DNA of 60,660 nt from a virus (IMGVR_UViG_3300025310_000006:1-60660); one strand, 5' to 3'; counted from the stretch's first letter, positions 27,518-38,188 are shown. Translations and numbers: made by a program. The notes: generated by a model from the sequence alone, not told the origin.

Positions 27518-28678
27518 TTATAGTCCACCGCCCAAGTCCATCTCTTCTCCACCAGCATCGCCGCCTTCAGCACCGGCATCTGCTCCAGCATCTCCTTCAG
27601 TCCCAGCGTCACCGCCTTCATCTCCACCTTCATCTCCCACATCACCGTCAGCGCCAGCTTCATCTTCAAAAGCGGCTTCTATATCCGTGATGACAGGATA
27701 AACAGATATTCTGGACGAGCCTTCTCCCTGCTTGCCAGTGTAATCGTTTATGAACGTGCGGAACAATGGACTCTTCTTATATTCTTGAGATTTGATATTG
27801 TCCTTGATAAACTTATCAATTGACGGAGGTATGTCAGCATATAGCTTATTAAATGCTATAACGCCACGCTCGCCTTGTGGTTGGAAGTATGATATTGGTA
27901 TCAAATTTGGACGAATCTTCTTCTCTTCTGAGAAGTTTATCTTGACTCCGAGAAGGAATTTGATAGCCTTCTTATTATCTACCCAATCCTCGCCAAAGGA
28001 CTTATTCATAAACTTCTCTATCTTTTCTATAGCACTTGCTAAATCCTTCTTATGAGATATAACTCTTGGAACACCATTTTCATCGTTATAGAATATAGGT
28101 ATATTTGAGTTATAGATGATTACTCGACGCTCACGCTCTGCTATCTGAGGGAATTCCTTACGAAGCTCCTTATTCTTCTGCATGTAAAGTTGATACTGAT
28201 CTGGAGTCAATCTGGACTCTAATTCGTCCGCTCTAACGCCAACTCTCTTTTCATCGTCGGACATAAGCGACATTGGATCAATGCCTGCATACTTGAACTT
28301 GAAGCGAGCGAGACGAATGTTAGCATCTGAGGTTAGTGCATAGTCAACTTTTGGATCACCAGAGTCAGTGAATAGCTCCTGTATCTTGGCTTGATCGGAC
28401 TGCGTTGCTCCAGCGCCCTCTGCGCCCGTTTCCTGCCCTTCTGGCGGGGTTTCTTCCCCGGCGGTGTCTCCACCCCCATCACCGCCCGTTTCGCCCGCCA
28501 TGCTCTCTGCGGCAGCATCTACATCGTCTTGGCTAAACAAGTCTTCCCCACCGGCAGCTTCGGCATCTCCACCAGCATCGGCTTCAGCGTCATCAGCACC
28601 TTCATCTTCAGGAGCTTCAGTAAGAAGTCCGAGACGGTACTTGAGGCTAGTTTCAATATACTTAGTTATTTCATCCAT
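27518..28678 (-). CDS. Acidic late protein, candidate internal head protein
   Basis: TATAAATA at 28709-28716; LLTE-A putative gp21 site; D/E/G-rich ends. Confidence 0.65.
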   Translation of the reverse strand: MDEITKYIETSLKYRLGLLTEAPEDEGADDAEADAGGDAEAAGGEDLFSQDDVDAAAESMAGETGGDGGGDTAGEETPPEGQETGAEGAGATQSDQAKIQELFTDSGDPKVDYALTSDANIRLARFKFKYAGIDPMSLMSDDEKRVGVRADELESRLTPDQYQLYMQKNKELRKEFPQIAERERRVIIYNSNIPIFYNDENGVPRVISHKKDLASAIEKIEKFMNKSFGEDWVDNKKAIKFLLGVKINFSEEKKIRPNLIPISYFQPQGERGVIAFNKLYADIPPSIDKFIKDNIKSQEYKKSPLFRTFINDYTGKQGEGSSRISVYPVITDIEAAFEDEAGADGDVGDEGGDEGGDAGTEGDAGADAGAEGGDAGGEEMDLGGGL

Positions 28679-28723
28679 ATTGCTTTCCCAAGATAAAGGT
28701 TTCCCCTTTATTTATAAGAAAGC

Positions 28724-29368
28724 TTAGATGCGCTTTATTACCTTATAATCGTCGCTTGGAGTATATGTTGAATATATCCAAGTAACAGGAATAATAACCT
28801 TTTGGGCATCTTGGTAGTTCAAATCAACCTGTCCCATGTTTTGTGGATGCAAGTCTCTAAACTCAAACTCAAGAACCTTCTCATGGTGATTGTTGAGAAG
28901 TATCAACTTACCAGAGATATAGAAATTCTTGTAGTAGTCCATTGTGGTGAGCTTGTTGAACTCTTCGGGGTTGCTTGCAGCGTAGAACCAATAGAGCAGC
29001 ATGCGGTATATGAACCAATGTTCGTCACCCATGACATTCGTATTGAGAGTTCCAAACTCAAGCTTACCTGTAATAGCCTTGAGGGCTGCGAAAGTAGTGT
29101 CGATAGTTGATGTGAAGAGATTCAAGTCAGGTAAAGTAACCGACTGAAGGAAGAGAGCGAAGTTCTGAGTGTCTTGGTTAGACTCACGAATGTAGTCTAT
29201 ACCGCTCTTGCTTATAGAGCCGATGGTTCCGTCCAGCTTGAAGCTTTTATCATTTCCAAACTTAGACATGAGAAACGACGAAGGTATTCTCTCAAGAACA
29301 AATATGAAGTTGTTGTTGTGAGCTTCGTTGAGTAATATCTCGTTGTTATTAACAAGCTGACAGGACAT
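28724..29368 (-). CDS. gp3: Tail tube terminator / tail completion protein (T4 gp3-like)
   Basis: NNFIFVLERIP, FLQSVTLPDLNL, KLEFGTL...DE...Y..L..W, FEFRDLHP pattern. Confidence 0.7.
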   Translation of the reverse strand: MSCQLVNNNEILLNEAHNNNFIFVLERIPSSFLMSKFGNDKSFKLDGTIGSISKSGIDYIRESNQDTQNFALFLQSVTLPDLNLFTSTIDTTFAALKAITGKLEFGTLNTNVMGDEHWFIYRMLLYWFYAASNPEEFNKLTTMDYYKNFYISGKLILLNNHHEKVLEFEFRDLHPQNMGQVDLNYQDAQKVIIPVTWIYSTYTPSDDYKVIKRI

Positions 29369-29369
29369 G

Positions 29370-29828
29370 TTATCTCCTTGGGTTCACACGGAAGTAATAA
29401 ACAGCGACATCGGTGCAGTCCATGGTTCCACCCGGAGCGCCGGATGTTCCGGATGTTCCGGAAGTTCCCGAAGTGCCAGGATCGCCCGACGCTCCTGTTG
29501 TAGCTGGTGACGAACAATCATCAACTGAAGTTGTCATGGTAATCTCCGTGCGGAAGACTCCCGTTCCACAATCGCAAGAAGTCTTATAGCGATATGAATA
29601 CCAGCCAACCTTGTCGGCTATTGGACACATAGCAGCATCAACCTGAAGCTCATTCTTCTCGTTGTATATCTTGATGTTAGTTGTGTCAGCCCAGCGGTAA
29701 TCGTTTACCTGGGATTGAACCGTCATATCTGTATAGGGACGATTGGAGGCTATAATAGTTGCTACATCCCCACAATAAAAATCTATTGGTGCTACGGCTG
29801 CCATATTATCCCTTTCTGAAAAAAACAT
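29370..29828 (-). CDS. Hypothetical structural protein with GTS repeats
   Basis: Ig-like beta pattern with an inserted GTSGTSGTSG stretch. Confidence 0.6.
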   Translation of the reverse strand: MFFSERDNMAAVAPIDFYCGDVATIIASNRPYTDMTVQSQVNDYRWADTTNIKIYNEKNELQVDAAMCPIADKVGWYSYRYKTSCDCGTGVFRTEITMTTSVDDCSSPATTGASGDPGTSGTSGTSGTSGAPGGTMDCTDVAVYYFRVNPRR

Positions 29829-30036
29829 CTATGGAAGTACATTTTGCAAACATCACTTCTTGTATATGAGGACAATACTTCGTCAAGTCAGGAGTTCCCG
29901 TTGGAGGAGGAGTTGGGCTTCCAGTTATCTCGACACACTCACCCCTATCATACTTGTTTCGCCAGTGATCAATGCGCTTGTATGCTTCCTCGTTCCAACC
30001 GTCCCAATCAAATATCTTACCGCTTGAATGTGCCAT
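29806..30036 (-). CDS. Hypothetical protein
   Basis: 76-aa ORF with AGGA RBS, following the hub gene. Confidence 0.55.
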   Translation of the reverse strand: MAHSSGKIFDWDGWNEEAYKRIDHWRNKYDRGECVEITGSPTPPPTGTPDLTKYCPHIQEVMFAKCTSIDVFFRKG

Positions 30037-30057
30037 AATAGTGATTCCTATATATAT

Positions 30058-31491
30058 TTAGCGTTTCTTAGGTGGTTGAAGGTGTGTCATAGTTGTCAAA
30101 TCTGGATTAGTTGCAAGACTTTCGAAACCATCCTTTATGCAAACCACATAAGAACCGGCGGCTGCACCTATGGCTCCAAGCGAATCTATTTGTCCCCAAA
30201 TGAGCCACTTACCCGACATCATTCTATCAACAGATGTATCTATGTTAGCCGACTTGAATACAATATCTGCAAGCTGTCCTGGCTTTCTCAATTCATTCAT
30301 AGTCATGTCCAACATGCATGACATACTTGAATGAATAGTATTATACGCATGCTCATTTTGTTTCATAGTCAACAATCTTTTCGGATCGTTGAATGAATGA
30401 TGTCTAAACTGCGACCATTGGTTTCCATAATTGGAAGCATGCAATGAATACTGCCCCAAACCACTATAGCTTTTCCGGAATGTATTGTAATCAGATGCTA
30501 CATATTTGTTATCTCTAATATAATCAAATGTCGCAAAAGTTTCGCCGGATAGCTGTCCGAAAGAAGATTTCATTCTACTAAAGTAATTGAATCTGCGATT
30601 CTGTATAGTGTTTGAAATATCATACTTGTCTGTCTGTCCTTCATTTATGTCTCTAACAGGTTCCTTTTCACCCTGAGCGGCGCGATTTGTATGTTGAGCA
30701 AAATGGCTTGAGAATATGTGATAGTCTTTTTGCTTCATAAGAGTGTATATAGACTTACACCTAAGTATAGGCTTATTACCAAACTTAGCCGGTGGTTCCA
30801 CGTAACAAACATAATAAGGCATGCCGTCTTTGTTTACAGCAAACTTTCTAAGATAGTTGAGAGTTTTCATCGGGGTCCAATTTGGAATGAAGAAGTTTAT
30901 CTTATCATCATCCGTATCCGCTGTCTGTTCAATATCTATCTCGTACCAATTCCTTATATTTGGAATAGTGTTGATAGTATCATTCATTATGTCATATATT
31001 GTCTTAGCACGCTTAGGGTAAGATGATTTACTTCCACCATCCCAGCTATAAGATTTGTAAACAGAGTTACATGTTAGAAAAGAATGTATTGGTGCTTCTA
31101 TCAAAGAGAATTCCAATAGATTACTTCCTCTGTCCCAATCCTGCGGATTCTGTATCTCTCTAACATCATTGATAAAGAAATGTATTATCTTCTCGGGAAC
31201 CCCATCTGGATGTATTGAGTTTTTATACCTTATTGATACAACTTCATTTCCAGTTAGAGGCATATACTCTCTGGAAGCGAATCTATCATGACATATCATT
31301 TTAGCAGTTCTAAAATACATATCTAAGGAATCATGTATCTGGAAGTTTATTACATCTTCACCTTTTGTAGTTTTGAAAAAGTCAATACTCTCATAGCTCT
31401 GAGAAAAATCCGTAAGACGGATTATGCCCACCGCATATCCGCTATTATTGACTGCTTCAAAAGGAGAGACATTAGACATTATCACTCTCAC
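30058..31491 (-). CDS. Baseplate hub protein (T4 gp27-like)
   Basis: MPLTGNEVVSIRY, FFIPNWTPMKTLNYL, DRMMSGKWLI; located next to gp53/gp48-like genes. Confidence 0.65.
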   Translation of the reverse strand: MRVIMSNVSPFEAVNNSGYAVGIIRLTDFSQSYESIDFFKTTKGEDVINFQIHDSLDMYFRTAKMICHDRFASREYMPLTGNEVVSIRYKNSIHPDGVPEKIIHFFINDVREIQNPQDWDRGSNLLEFSLIEAPIHSFLTCNSVYKSYSWDGGSKSSYPKRAKTIYDIMNDTINTIPNIRNWYEIDIEQTADTDDDKINFFIPNWTPMKTLNYLRKFAVNKDGMPYYVCYVEPPAKFGNKPILRCKSIYTLMKQKDYHIFSSHFAQHTNRAAQGEKEPVRDINEGQTDKYDISNTIQNRRFNYFSRMKSSFGQLSGETFATFDYIRDNKYVASDYNTFRKSYSGLGQYSLHASNYGNQWSQFRHHSFNDPKRLLTMKQNEHAYNTIHSSMSCMLDMTMNELRKPGQLADIVFKSANIDTSVDRMMSGKWLIWGQIDSLGAIGAAAGSYVVCIKDGFESLATNPDLTTMTHLQPPKKR

Positions 31492-31909
31492 TAAGTTTCA
31501 AATTCCTCTTATCATATACAGACTTATAGAACAACATGTCTTTCTTTATCTGAGGAAGGTACGAATCTTTTATTATCTTGATAGTTCTGTTTTTATCCGG
31601 ACCCGGAGTAAAATCACCAGCCAAAACATCTTCTAAAAAAGTAAACGGATTTGTGTAATCATTTACCAGTGGCACTAACCACCATAACTCAATTGTCTTA
31701 TAATAAGTGTTTGATATGGAATAAAGTGTATCTTTAGGAGTTACTATATGATACCTGTAGATGTTATTGACAGCATCTTCTGGAAATACAAATGCTCTGT
31801 AGTTATTCCAAATATCGAGTATTGGAGTTGATATCTCGTTCTTATCATAATATATCTTAGGAAAGAGATTTGTAAAGCTATTTGCTGATAGTATCTGTTC
31901 TTGTGGCAT
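31472..31909 (-). CDS. gp53: Baseplate wedge LysM protein (T4 gp53-like)
   Basis: FPKIYY, YHIVTPKDTLYSISNTYY....WWLVPLVND..NPF. Confidence 0.75.
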   Translation of the reverse strand: MPQEQILSANSFTNLFPKIYYDKNEISTPILDIWNNYRAFVFPEDAVNNIYRYHIVTPKDTLYSISNTYYKTIELWWLVPLVNDYTNPFTFLEDVLAGDFTPGPDKNRTIKIIKDSYLPQIKKDMLFYKSVYDKRNLKLSESDNV

Positions 31910-31920
31910 ATTTTATTCCA

Positions 31921-33159
31921 TTACTGAGTTGAAGGGTAATTTTCTTTCTCAGCTTTTTTTCTTGCAGCTACTTTATTAGCATTACCGCCGCCTTTTAGAA
32001 CACTGACAATACCATTCTGCTTAACAGTTCCATTTGACGTTGTGTTTAGTAGTGGCGAGTTTTCAAACATAGATATCCAGTCATCAGCGTACATCTTTTC
32101 TATAACCTTTATCTCTAATTCACACTTGGCTACCATTGGAATCGTAACATCCAAAAGTTGCTTCTGCTGTTTAGTTATACTATCCTGATTGACAAGAGTA
32201 TAAGCCTTGACCCACGGACCCTCAAACGAATAACTAAAATTTGTTATAGCGCATACATTGTATTGAAAGAATCCAGATGAGTGCGTTACTCTCACATAGC
32301 TTGGCGGCTCAGATATGGCTACTCTCATCCCCGGATATGATGAAAGGAATGACAAAGCGGGAGCCTCAATTCCACCACCCGTATCATTCTCCTTAGCTTG
32401 TTCGGCGGCTTTAGCATCAATATTAGCGCCGATAGAGTCTTCAACAGGCTTACCATCACTTCCCGTAATACCTGTTACTCTTTTTGGATGCGACCAAGCG
32501 GTTATAGTCAATAGTGGAGCATATACATCTCTCACCCAATTGTCTATTGGATTCTCACCGGCAGCGGCACCACCAGCACTAAAAAGTATGAATGGTATCT
32601 TGAAAGAAACTTTATCAGTTTTCTGGTAAGTATCCTGCTTGTCGAGAGTTACCTTTCTTCTAGGTTGCGGAGCATTGTTACCGGCTCCCGCTCCAACATT
32701 CTGAGCAGTATTAACTATACCACTTGCAGCGTCTACCAATCCAGATATAGTATCTAATATTCTAGACATTATACCGTCACCCTCACCCCATTCGTGTGAG
32801 AAGTTAAACTTTAGCCAATCGGTTGTTGATGGAGCTATTCTCATAGTGAACAATTCGTTCTCTATCTCTTTCTGCTCTATTTCCATCTTAACTATACCGT
32901 CAGCGCCCGGCTTTGGCTTTATAGAAACTGGTTTATTCCCTATAAATTCTAGAATAACTTCATCCATCGCATTTCTACTCTCACCACTCTCCGGATTCAT
33001 GATAGCCACATTTTTAAATTGTGGACCCTTCATAAAAGAAAGTTTATCGTTTATTTTTTGTGATCCCGCTCTTTGGATTCCAAAGGCGGAACATGCTTCG
33101 ACACTTGGAACGTATAAATCTACAGATTTACTCTTAGCCGCACTAAATGGATCAGCCAT
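31921..33159 (-). CDS. Baseplate tail-tube cap (T4 gp48-like)
   Basis: Located after the tape measure gene; PPSYVRV...CAITNFSYSF...ELEI motif. Confidence 0.55.
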   Translation of the reverse strand: MADPFSAAKSKSVDLYVPSVEACSAFGIQRAGSQKINDKLSFMKGPQFKNVAIMNPESGESRNAMDEVILEFIGNKPVSIKPKPGADGIVKMEIEQKEIENELFTMRIAPSTTDWLKFNFSHEWGEGDGIMSRILDTISGLVDAASGIVNTAQNVGAGAGNNAPQPRRKVTLDKQDTYQKTDKVSFKIPFILFSAGGAAAGENPIDNWVRDVYAPLLTITAWSHPKRVTGITGSDGKPVEDSIGANIDAKAAEQAKENDTGGGIEAPALSFLSSYPGMRVAISEPPSYVRVTHSSGFFQYNVCAITNFSYSFEGPWVKAYTLVNQDSITKQQKQLLDVTIPMVAKCELEIKVIEKMYADDWISMFENSPLLNTTSNGTVKQNGIVSVLKGGGNANKVAARKKAEKENYPSTQ

Positions 33160-35807
33160 TATACTTTACCCCCATTGAAAGAGTTTCTACTCATGAGCTT
33201 AGATAACTCAAATTGAGTATCTTGTTGAGTTGTTTTCCAACCTTGTCCAACTGCCCCAACAATATTCTTTTCCATCTTTTCCAACTTTCCTGCGAGGGAG
33301 TCTATTCCTTCACCTATACTATCAATACCCTTTTGAATATTCTGAGCATATTTAGGAACTTCCATTGAATCCGATGCTCCAGTTATGAAGCTGTTTATCT
33401 TCATCATAGTATCCATACCCATTGGACGCTTCGAAGAATCAAATGTTGTTATCTCGGATTCATTTTTACCGATAAGTCCTAATACTGGTTTGTCTTCCAC
33501 ATCCCCACTTATTATACTCAATAGGAGCTTAGTATCTTCCAACTTTCCACCGACGCCGCCACCACTTTTAGGAGAAGCCATTCCAGAGAGCATATCAGCG
33601 AAGATTTCACCGCCAAGCCAGCCTGGAAGGTTAGCCAATCCAGATATTATGGAATATACTACTGAATATATAGCGTCAAGGACAGCCTGAAGAATAGGCA
33701 TGTATGGCTTGAAGTTATCCCAAAGAAAATTTACCAACGGTTTGAAGAACGGGAGGAATGTGTCAAAGAAGTCGTTTAGTATTTTGAAGAAGCTGTTACC
33801 ACTTGAGCCGCTAAGTGGAATGACTGCTTCCGGACCGGCTTCACCTATAACAGCTTTAGTAGGTCCGGTTACTATACCACCTTCAGCAAACCAGTTGAAA
33901 GGATTGAGGGCGTCACCTATTGAACCTATTATGCCCTTTACACCGTCCAGCATCTTACCGGGTAAGTCTGTTACGAATCCCCATATCTTTTGAATACTTC
34001 CCCATATCCAATCAATTACAGACTTTACACCTTCCCACGCCGACTTGAATACTCCTATTATCCAACCAGAAACGATATCCCAGACCTTCTTAAAGGTATT
34101 CCAAACCCATGAAAATGTCTTCTTTATAAAGCCCCAAATCTCTTTACGGAAATACCATACGAATCCAACAATAACAGCAACGGCAAGTGCTATAGCTGTA
34201 AGAGGAAGTAATGCTATTAGAACGGGAGCCATCGCGATAGAAAGTGCTATAACTCTCTGACTGGCGTTTAAGATCCACATACCCAAATCCCACGCCATTT
34301 TAGCCGCTTTCCAAGCCCAATCCTTTGCAGACATTATTCTTTGCCAAGCTTCAAACGCAGCCGCTCTAACCCAACCGGCTTTATTTATTTTTCCATCTAT
34401 AGTCGTTTGAACTCTAAAAGCCGAATCCCACAAATCCTTAGCCCTCTGCCACACAGCCATAGCAGTCATCTTCATTCCCAAATAAGTCAACACACCAACT
34501 ATAGTTCCCAATATAGGATGCTTGAATATGAATTCGCCAAACTTCATCAACATATTCCAAACTGAAGATGCGATATCAGCTACAATCTGTCCAATAGCTG
34601 CCCAATCACCATTGAATAGGGAGTCAATGAGCTTGAATGCACCGGATACTATATTCCAAACTACTTTTACCGCCGCCCAAACGACAGGAAGATAGTCCCA
34701 TATAAATCCAGCAACGGTTTTAACTATCTCCCAAATAGTTGTTACAAGTCCCCATAAAACCTTCTTTATGAAGTTACCAGCAAACTTCCAAATCGAATAT
34801 ATTGCAAGTAGCGATAGAATGACAACAGCAAGAATCATCAAAGCCACTGGTAATACTACAGTGAATAGAGATATAGCTATCGACGCCATCGTTGGTATTA
34901 TAGTTTTCCACATCAAACTAATAATATTTCCAACGGTACTGAATATTGGCTTTATGAAGCTGAGTGGACCTTTTATAGAGGATATCCACTTATCCCACTT
35001 CTTATTAATTTTATCAATAGACCATTCCATCTGTAGAATCTTACCGCCAAAAGGATAATCTTTTAGCTTTCTTCTTTTTTCCTCTATTTTTACAGCATCA
35101 ACAACATGTGAAGGTAACTCTTCCATCCCCGTCAACATCTGCAATTCTTTATCATCAATACCAGCCAATCTATCGGCTAGTATGTAAGAATTATGCTCGT
35201 TATCTTTTGTTATGTTGATAAGATGATTGTTTAGATTCTTATTCATCGAAATGACTTCCGATATAGAATCTTTTGTTACAAACATATCAGTCTTCATAGA
35301 CTTGAGGTAGTTTATAACATCCTTTATATCTTTGCTATTAGAAATTCCAGACTTACTGAGAGTAGCCGTCATAGCCAAGATAAGAGACTCTTCCATCCCC
35401 TTATCAAGCTCTTTATCATCCTCAACAGACTTACCAGTTTGCATCATCTTGACAAGAGCGGCAACGGTATCATCCGTCAACTCACCCATGTCATTCTTGA
35501 TTTCAGCAATCAACTCGTCACTTAGATATTTCTTTAGTTCTTCAGAGCCACCCTCTTCGAAGAATTTATCGGATACGCCTTTTTCCGACATGTCCTTCTT
35601 AATAGACTCTATTGAATCCTGAATAGCTTTTATTTTAGCGTCATCTTTAGCTTCGGTGGCTTTATTCAGTTCTATTTGGAGACTCTTCAACTCTTTTAGA
35701 CTCGACAACACTTCCTTAGCTAGAGGATCCTTTTCAGCCTCTACCTTCTTAGCATTGCTGCTATGAATCAACTTCATAGCTGTCGATATGTCTATTCCGT
35801 CCGGCAT
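33159..35807 (-). CDS. Tape measure-like protein
   Basis: 882 aa; Trp-periodic amphipathic repeats, TM segments, FAEGGIVTGPT.A.IGEAGPEAVIPL motif. Confidence 0.8.
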   Translation of the reverse strand: MPDGIDISTAMKLIHSSNAKKVEAEKDPLAKEVLSSLKELKSLQIELNKATEAKDDAKIKAIQDSIESIKKDMSEKGVSDKFFEEGGSEELKKYLSDELIAEIKNDMGELTDDTVAALVKMMQTGKSVEDDKELDKGMEESLILAMTATLSKSGISNSKDIKDVINYLKSMKTDMFVTKDSISEVISMNKNLNNHLINITKDNEHNSYILADRLAGIDDKELQMLTGMEELPSHVVDAVKIEEKRRKLKDYPFGGKILQMEWSIDKINKKWDKWISSIKGPLSFIKPIFSTVGNIISLMWKTIIPTMASIAISLFTVVLPVALMILAVVILSLLAIYSIWKFAGNFIKKVLWGLVTTIWEIVKTVAGFIWDYLPVVWAAVKVVWNIVSGAFKLIDSLFNGDWAAIGQIVADIASSVWNMLMKFGEFIFKHPILGTIVGVLTYLGMKMTAMAVWQRAKDLWDSAFRVQTTIDGKINKAGWVRAAAFEAWQRIMSAKDWAWKAAKMAWDLGMWILNASQRVIALSIAMAPVLIALLPLTAIALAVAVIVGFVWYFRKEIWGFIKKTFSWVWNTFKKVWDIVSGWIIGVFKSAWEGVKSVIDWIWGSIQKIWGFVTDLPGKMLDGVKGIIGSIGDALNPFNWFAEGGIVTGPTKAVIGEAGPEAVIPLSGSSGNSFFKILNDFFDTFLPFFKPLVNFLWDNFKPYMPILQAVLDAIYSVVYSIISGLANLPGWLGGEIFADMLSGMASPKSGGGVGGKLEDTKLLLSIISGDVEDKPVLGLIGKNESEITTFDSSKRPMGMDTMMKINSFITGASDSMEVPKYAQNIQKGIDSIGEGIDSLAGKLEKMEKNIVGAVGQGWKTTQQDTQFELSKLMSRNSFNGGKV

Positions 35808-35813
35808 TCTTTT

Positions 35814-36107
35814 TTACTTCTTGCTATTGCTTGGTGAATTCAGTCCGCTCATACTCCCACCCCATACATTTGCTATTGTCTTGCAGATAATCTCTACTGC
35901 CTTCTTAGCAAACTCAAAGGTATTCTTGATGAACTCATTCTTGTTTTCAAGCTCTTTCTCAAACTTCTTTTTAAAGATGTCTTTGTAATACTCGAACTCA
36001 ACACAAGATAGTTCCTCCGCCTCCCATATATTTATAGAAGGAGAGGAATATATCAATAGCTCGGCTATATCATTAAGCACCTGTTGATAGGCGCTCATCT
36101 GCATCAA
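35814..36107 (-). CDS. Baseplate hub assembly protein (T4 gp51-like)
   Basis: Small ORF between gp26-like and tape measure genes; E.EEL..VEFEYY motif. Confidence 0.55.
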   Translation of the reverse strand: MMQMSAYQQVLNDIAELLIYSSPSINIWEAEELSCVEFEYYKDIFKKKFEKELENKNEFIKNTFEFAKKAVEIICKTIANVWGGSMSGLNSPSNSKK

Positions 36108-36892
36108 CTGATAAAAAAAACGGCTATATTAGCCTCTTCTTCTGAGGCATGCCCACACTTTTCACACTTGAAGGAGAATGGCAGCTTGACACCGAAATCG
36201 GTTCTCTTGATGTAGTCAGTAATCTTATCAAGATCACTAGCTCTAAGGTTTTCGAAGAATTCTATACGCTCTTCTATCTTCATAGGGACTTCGGCGGTTA
36301 TATCATTCTGAGACATGATTATCTTATGGATATAACCAGTCATCATGACAAACTGACGCTCGGAAGTTAGTGTGATCTTCTTGTCAAAGATAATCTTTTC
36401 AAGCTTCTTCTCATCCTCACGGCGGATTGGACCTAGAATGAGCTTAATAGCGCCCCCAGCCACATCTATACTGCTTCCGCTCTTAGGTTCCTCGTAATTT
36501 GTGGTTACGATACTGTCCATATTGAATGGTATATCTTTGTTGATATGCTCACACTTAGGACATTGGTGTGCTAGTTTAGCAGTATCACCGGCTGCGGCTC
36601 TACGAATAGCTACGAGAACCTGATATCTTTCCTGAATAGTCAAGTCATCAGTGCTTCTGTTATCTTCAAGAGTGACATACTTTTCTATAATGTCATCGAA
36701 GTTCTTTTGGATGAGCTTTTCATCCTTAGATTCGATAGCCTTGAGGATGTCCTTCTTATCACGGACTTTCATAGGCTTTATAAAAGCCTTTCTACCACTA
36801 AAGCATAAATCAATGGCTAGTTCATCACCACTTGGAGTTGCGTAAAGCTTCTTCAAGTCTGTCACATTGAACGACGGCTTATCATCGGACAT
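36104..36892 (-). CDS. gp26: Baseplate hub subunit / chaperone (T4 gp26-like)
   Basis: KPMKVRDKKDILKA, CPKC and CEKC zinc pairs, ends in FF. Confidence 0.75.
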   Translation of the reverse strand: MSDDKPSFNVTDLKKLYATPSGDELAIDLCFSGRKAFIKPMKVRDKKDILKAIESKDEKLIQKNFDDIIEKYVTLEDNRSTDDLTIQERYQVLVAIRRAAAGDTAKLAHQCPKCEHINKDIPFNMDSIVTTNYEEPKSGSSIDVAGGAIKLILGPIRREDEKKLEKIIFDKKITLTSERQFVMMTGYIHKIIMSQNDITAEVPMKIEERIEFFENLRASDLDKITDYIKRTDFGVKLPFSFKCEKCGHASEEEANIAVFFIS

Positions 36893-36937
36893 ATTGTGTC
36901 TCCTATATATTGTTATTATAATATAAACTTAGTTTAT

Positions 36938-38188
36938 TCACTTAGGCTTCTGTAAGCCTGTCCACGCATACGGATTTATATTAGGAACTCTAACAGAATC
37001 TATAGCTTTATTAATACCAGATGGTAAAAACTTTCTTATACGGAATCCCAACGGTGGGGAATATCTTAAAGGCATCCAGTTTGCATAATCAAGGAAAGTG
37101 GCAGGATCCGGTGTGTTTATATCACCTTTCCTTCCGAACGGATTGATGTTTTGGAGGAATGAAACCAATGCACCTTCTTTACTTCTTTTCTCACCCTTTG
37201 AATTATAATCAACTTCTTGGTTCCCACCGGCGTCAATGAGAAGTTGCTTATCATCAGAGGTATTGCTGATAGTTGCTTTATTAATTTTGAAATCAGATAA
37301 CTTAGTATCCCAATCAGAGTTACCGTTAGCGGCTTGTTTAGCTACACCAGTATCGACGGTGATGTGAGCTTTATTAATTTTGAAATCAGATAACTTAGTA
37401 TCCCAATCAGAGTTACCGTTAGCGGCTTGTTTAGCTACACCAGTATCGACGGTGATGTGAGCTTTATCTTTCTTTAGATGTGAAAAAGATTGACTATCAT
37501 CAAACGGCTCATTGTTATGCTGTTTAATAGCATAATTTGGATCACTTATTCCGAAATTACTTGGAAGTGTATCATTATCTCCAACATTAGTATTTATTAT
37601 ATAATAATCATACGAGAATGTCACCGAAAAAGTTGATATTTCTCTGCTGGATTGATCTAAATTTACTTCACCGACTCTTGATGGATATAAACCAAAAAAC
37701 TCATATCCAGAAACAACATCACCGTCTTTTGATAGCTGAAAAACTTTGACACCGCTTTTCTTATACGAACCTGCTGTAAAAGGTATCTGTCTTATAGGAT
37801 CATATATTAGCGATTGCCACGCTAGGAAATTATGTCTTAGCTTTTGATACTCGTCACAAATGAAAGTCACAGTCCAATCATCAAATGTCATATGACCAGC
37901 CATCTTATATTTAGAACCTTGGAATTCAAAACCTTTATCTTCCAACGAACACGGCGGAAGTATAGTAGATTTAGCCAACATAGTCAATTGTTGAGAACTA
38001 TCACTTACAGGCGGTATATCTATTTGAAAGAAGTAAGACCTAGCAGCATCACCTACGAGCGTGCGAAAGGTGTGCAGATTTATACTAGCCGCACCGGGCT
38101 TACCTCCAGTTGTACTAGACGGTGGAGAGTTATCCCCACCGCCAGTATATACCGCCTTAGATGTGCTTCCCAAGGCTAATAAAGGCAT
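36938..38188 (-). CDS. Tail-tube-like baseplate tube initiator (T4 gp54-like) with extended C-terminus
   Basis: Tube-fold N-terminal half paralogous to the adjacent gp19 (FRT..GD..R..F, W...F..D, F.GLYP..VGE..LD, FSVTFSYDY). Confidence 0.7.
   Translation of the reverse strand: MPLLALGSTSKAVYTGGGDNSPPSSTTGGKPGAASINLHTFRTLVGDAARSYFFQIDIPPVSDSSQQLTMLAKSTILPPCSLEDKGFEFQGSKYKMAGHMTFDDWTVTFICDEYQKLRHNFLAWQSLIYDPIRQIPFTAGSYKKSGVKVFQLSKDGDVVSGYEFFGLYPSRVGEVNLDQSSREISTFSVTFSYDYYIINTNVGDNDTLPSNFGISDPNYAIKQHNNEPFDDSQSFSHLKKDKAHITVDTGVAKQAANGNSDWDTKLSDFKINKAHITVDTGVAKQAANGNSDWDTKLSDFKINKATISNTSDDKQLLIDAGGNQEVDYNSKGEKRSKEGALVSFLQNINPFGRKGDINTPDPATFLDYANWMPLRYSPPLGFRIRKFLPSGINKAIDSVRVPNINPYAWTGLQKPK
37275..37467. 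repeat. Perfect 93-bp tandem duplication (31 aa) in the gp54-like gene
   Basis: KAHITVDTGVAKQAANGNSDWDTKLSDFKIN occurs twice and is identical at the DNA level. Confidence 0.95.

Noticed and set aside
37275-37467. 93-bp repeat as a CRISPR or DGR template/variable repeat
   Set aside because: The copies are contiguous, in frame and identical, with no adenine-specific mismatches and no reverse transcriptase in the window.
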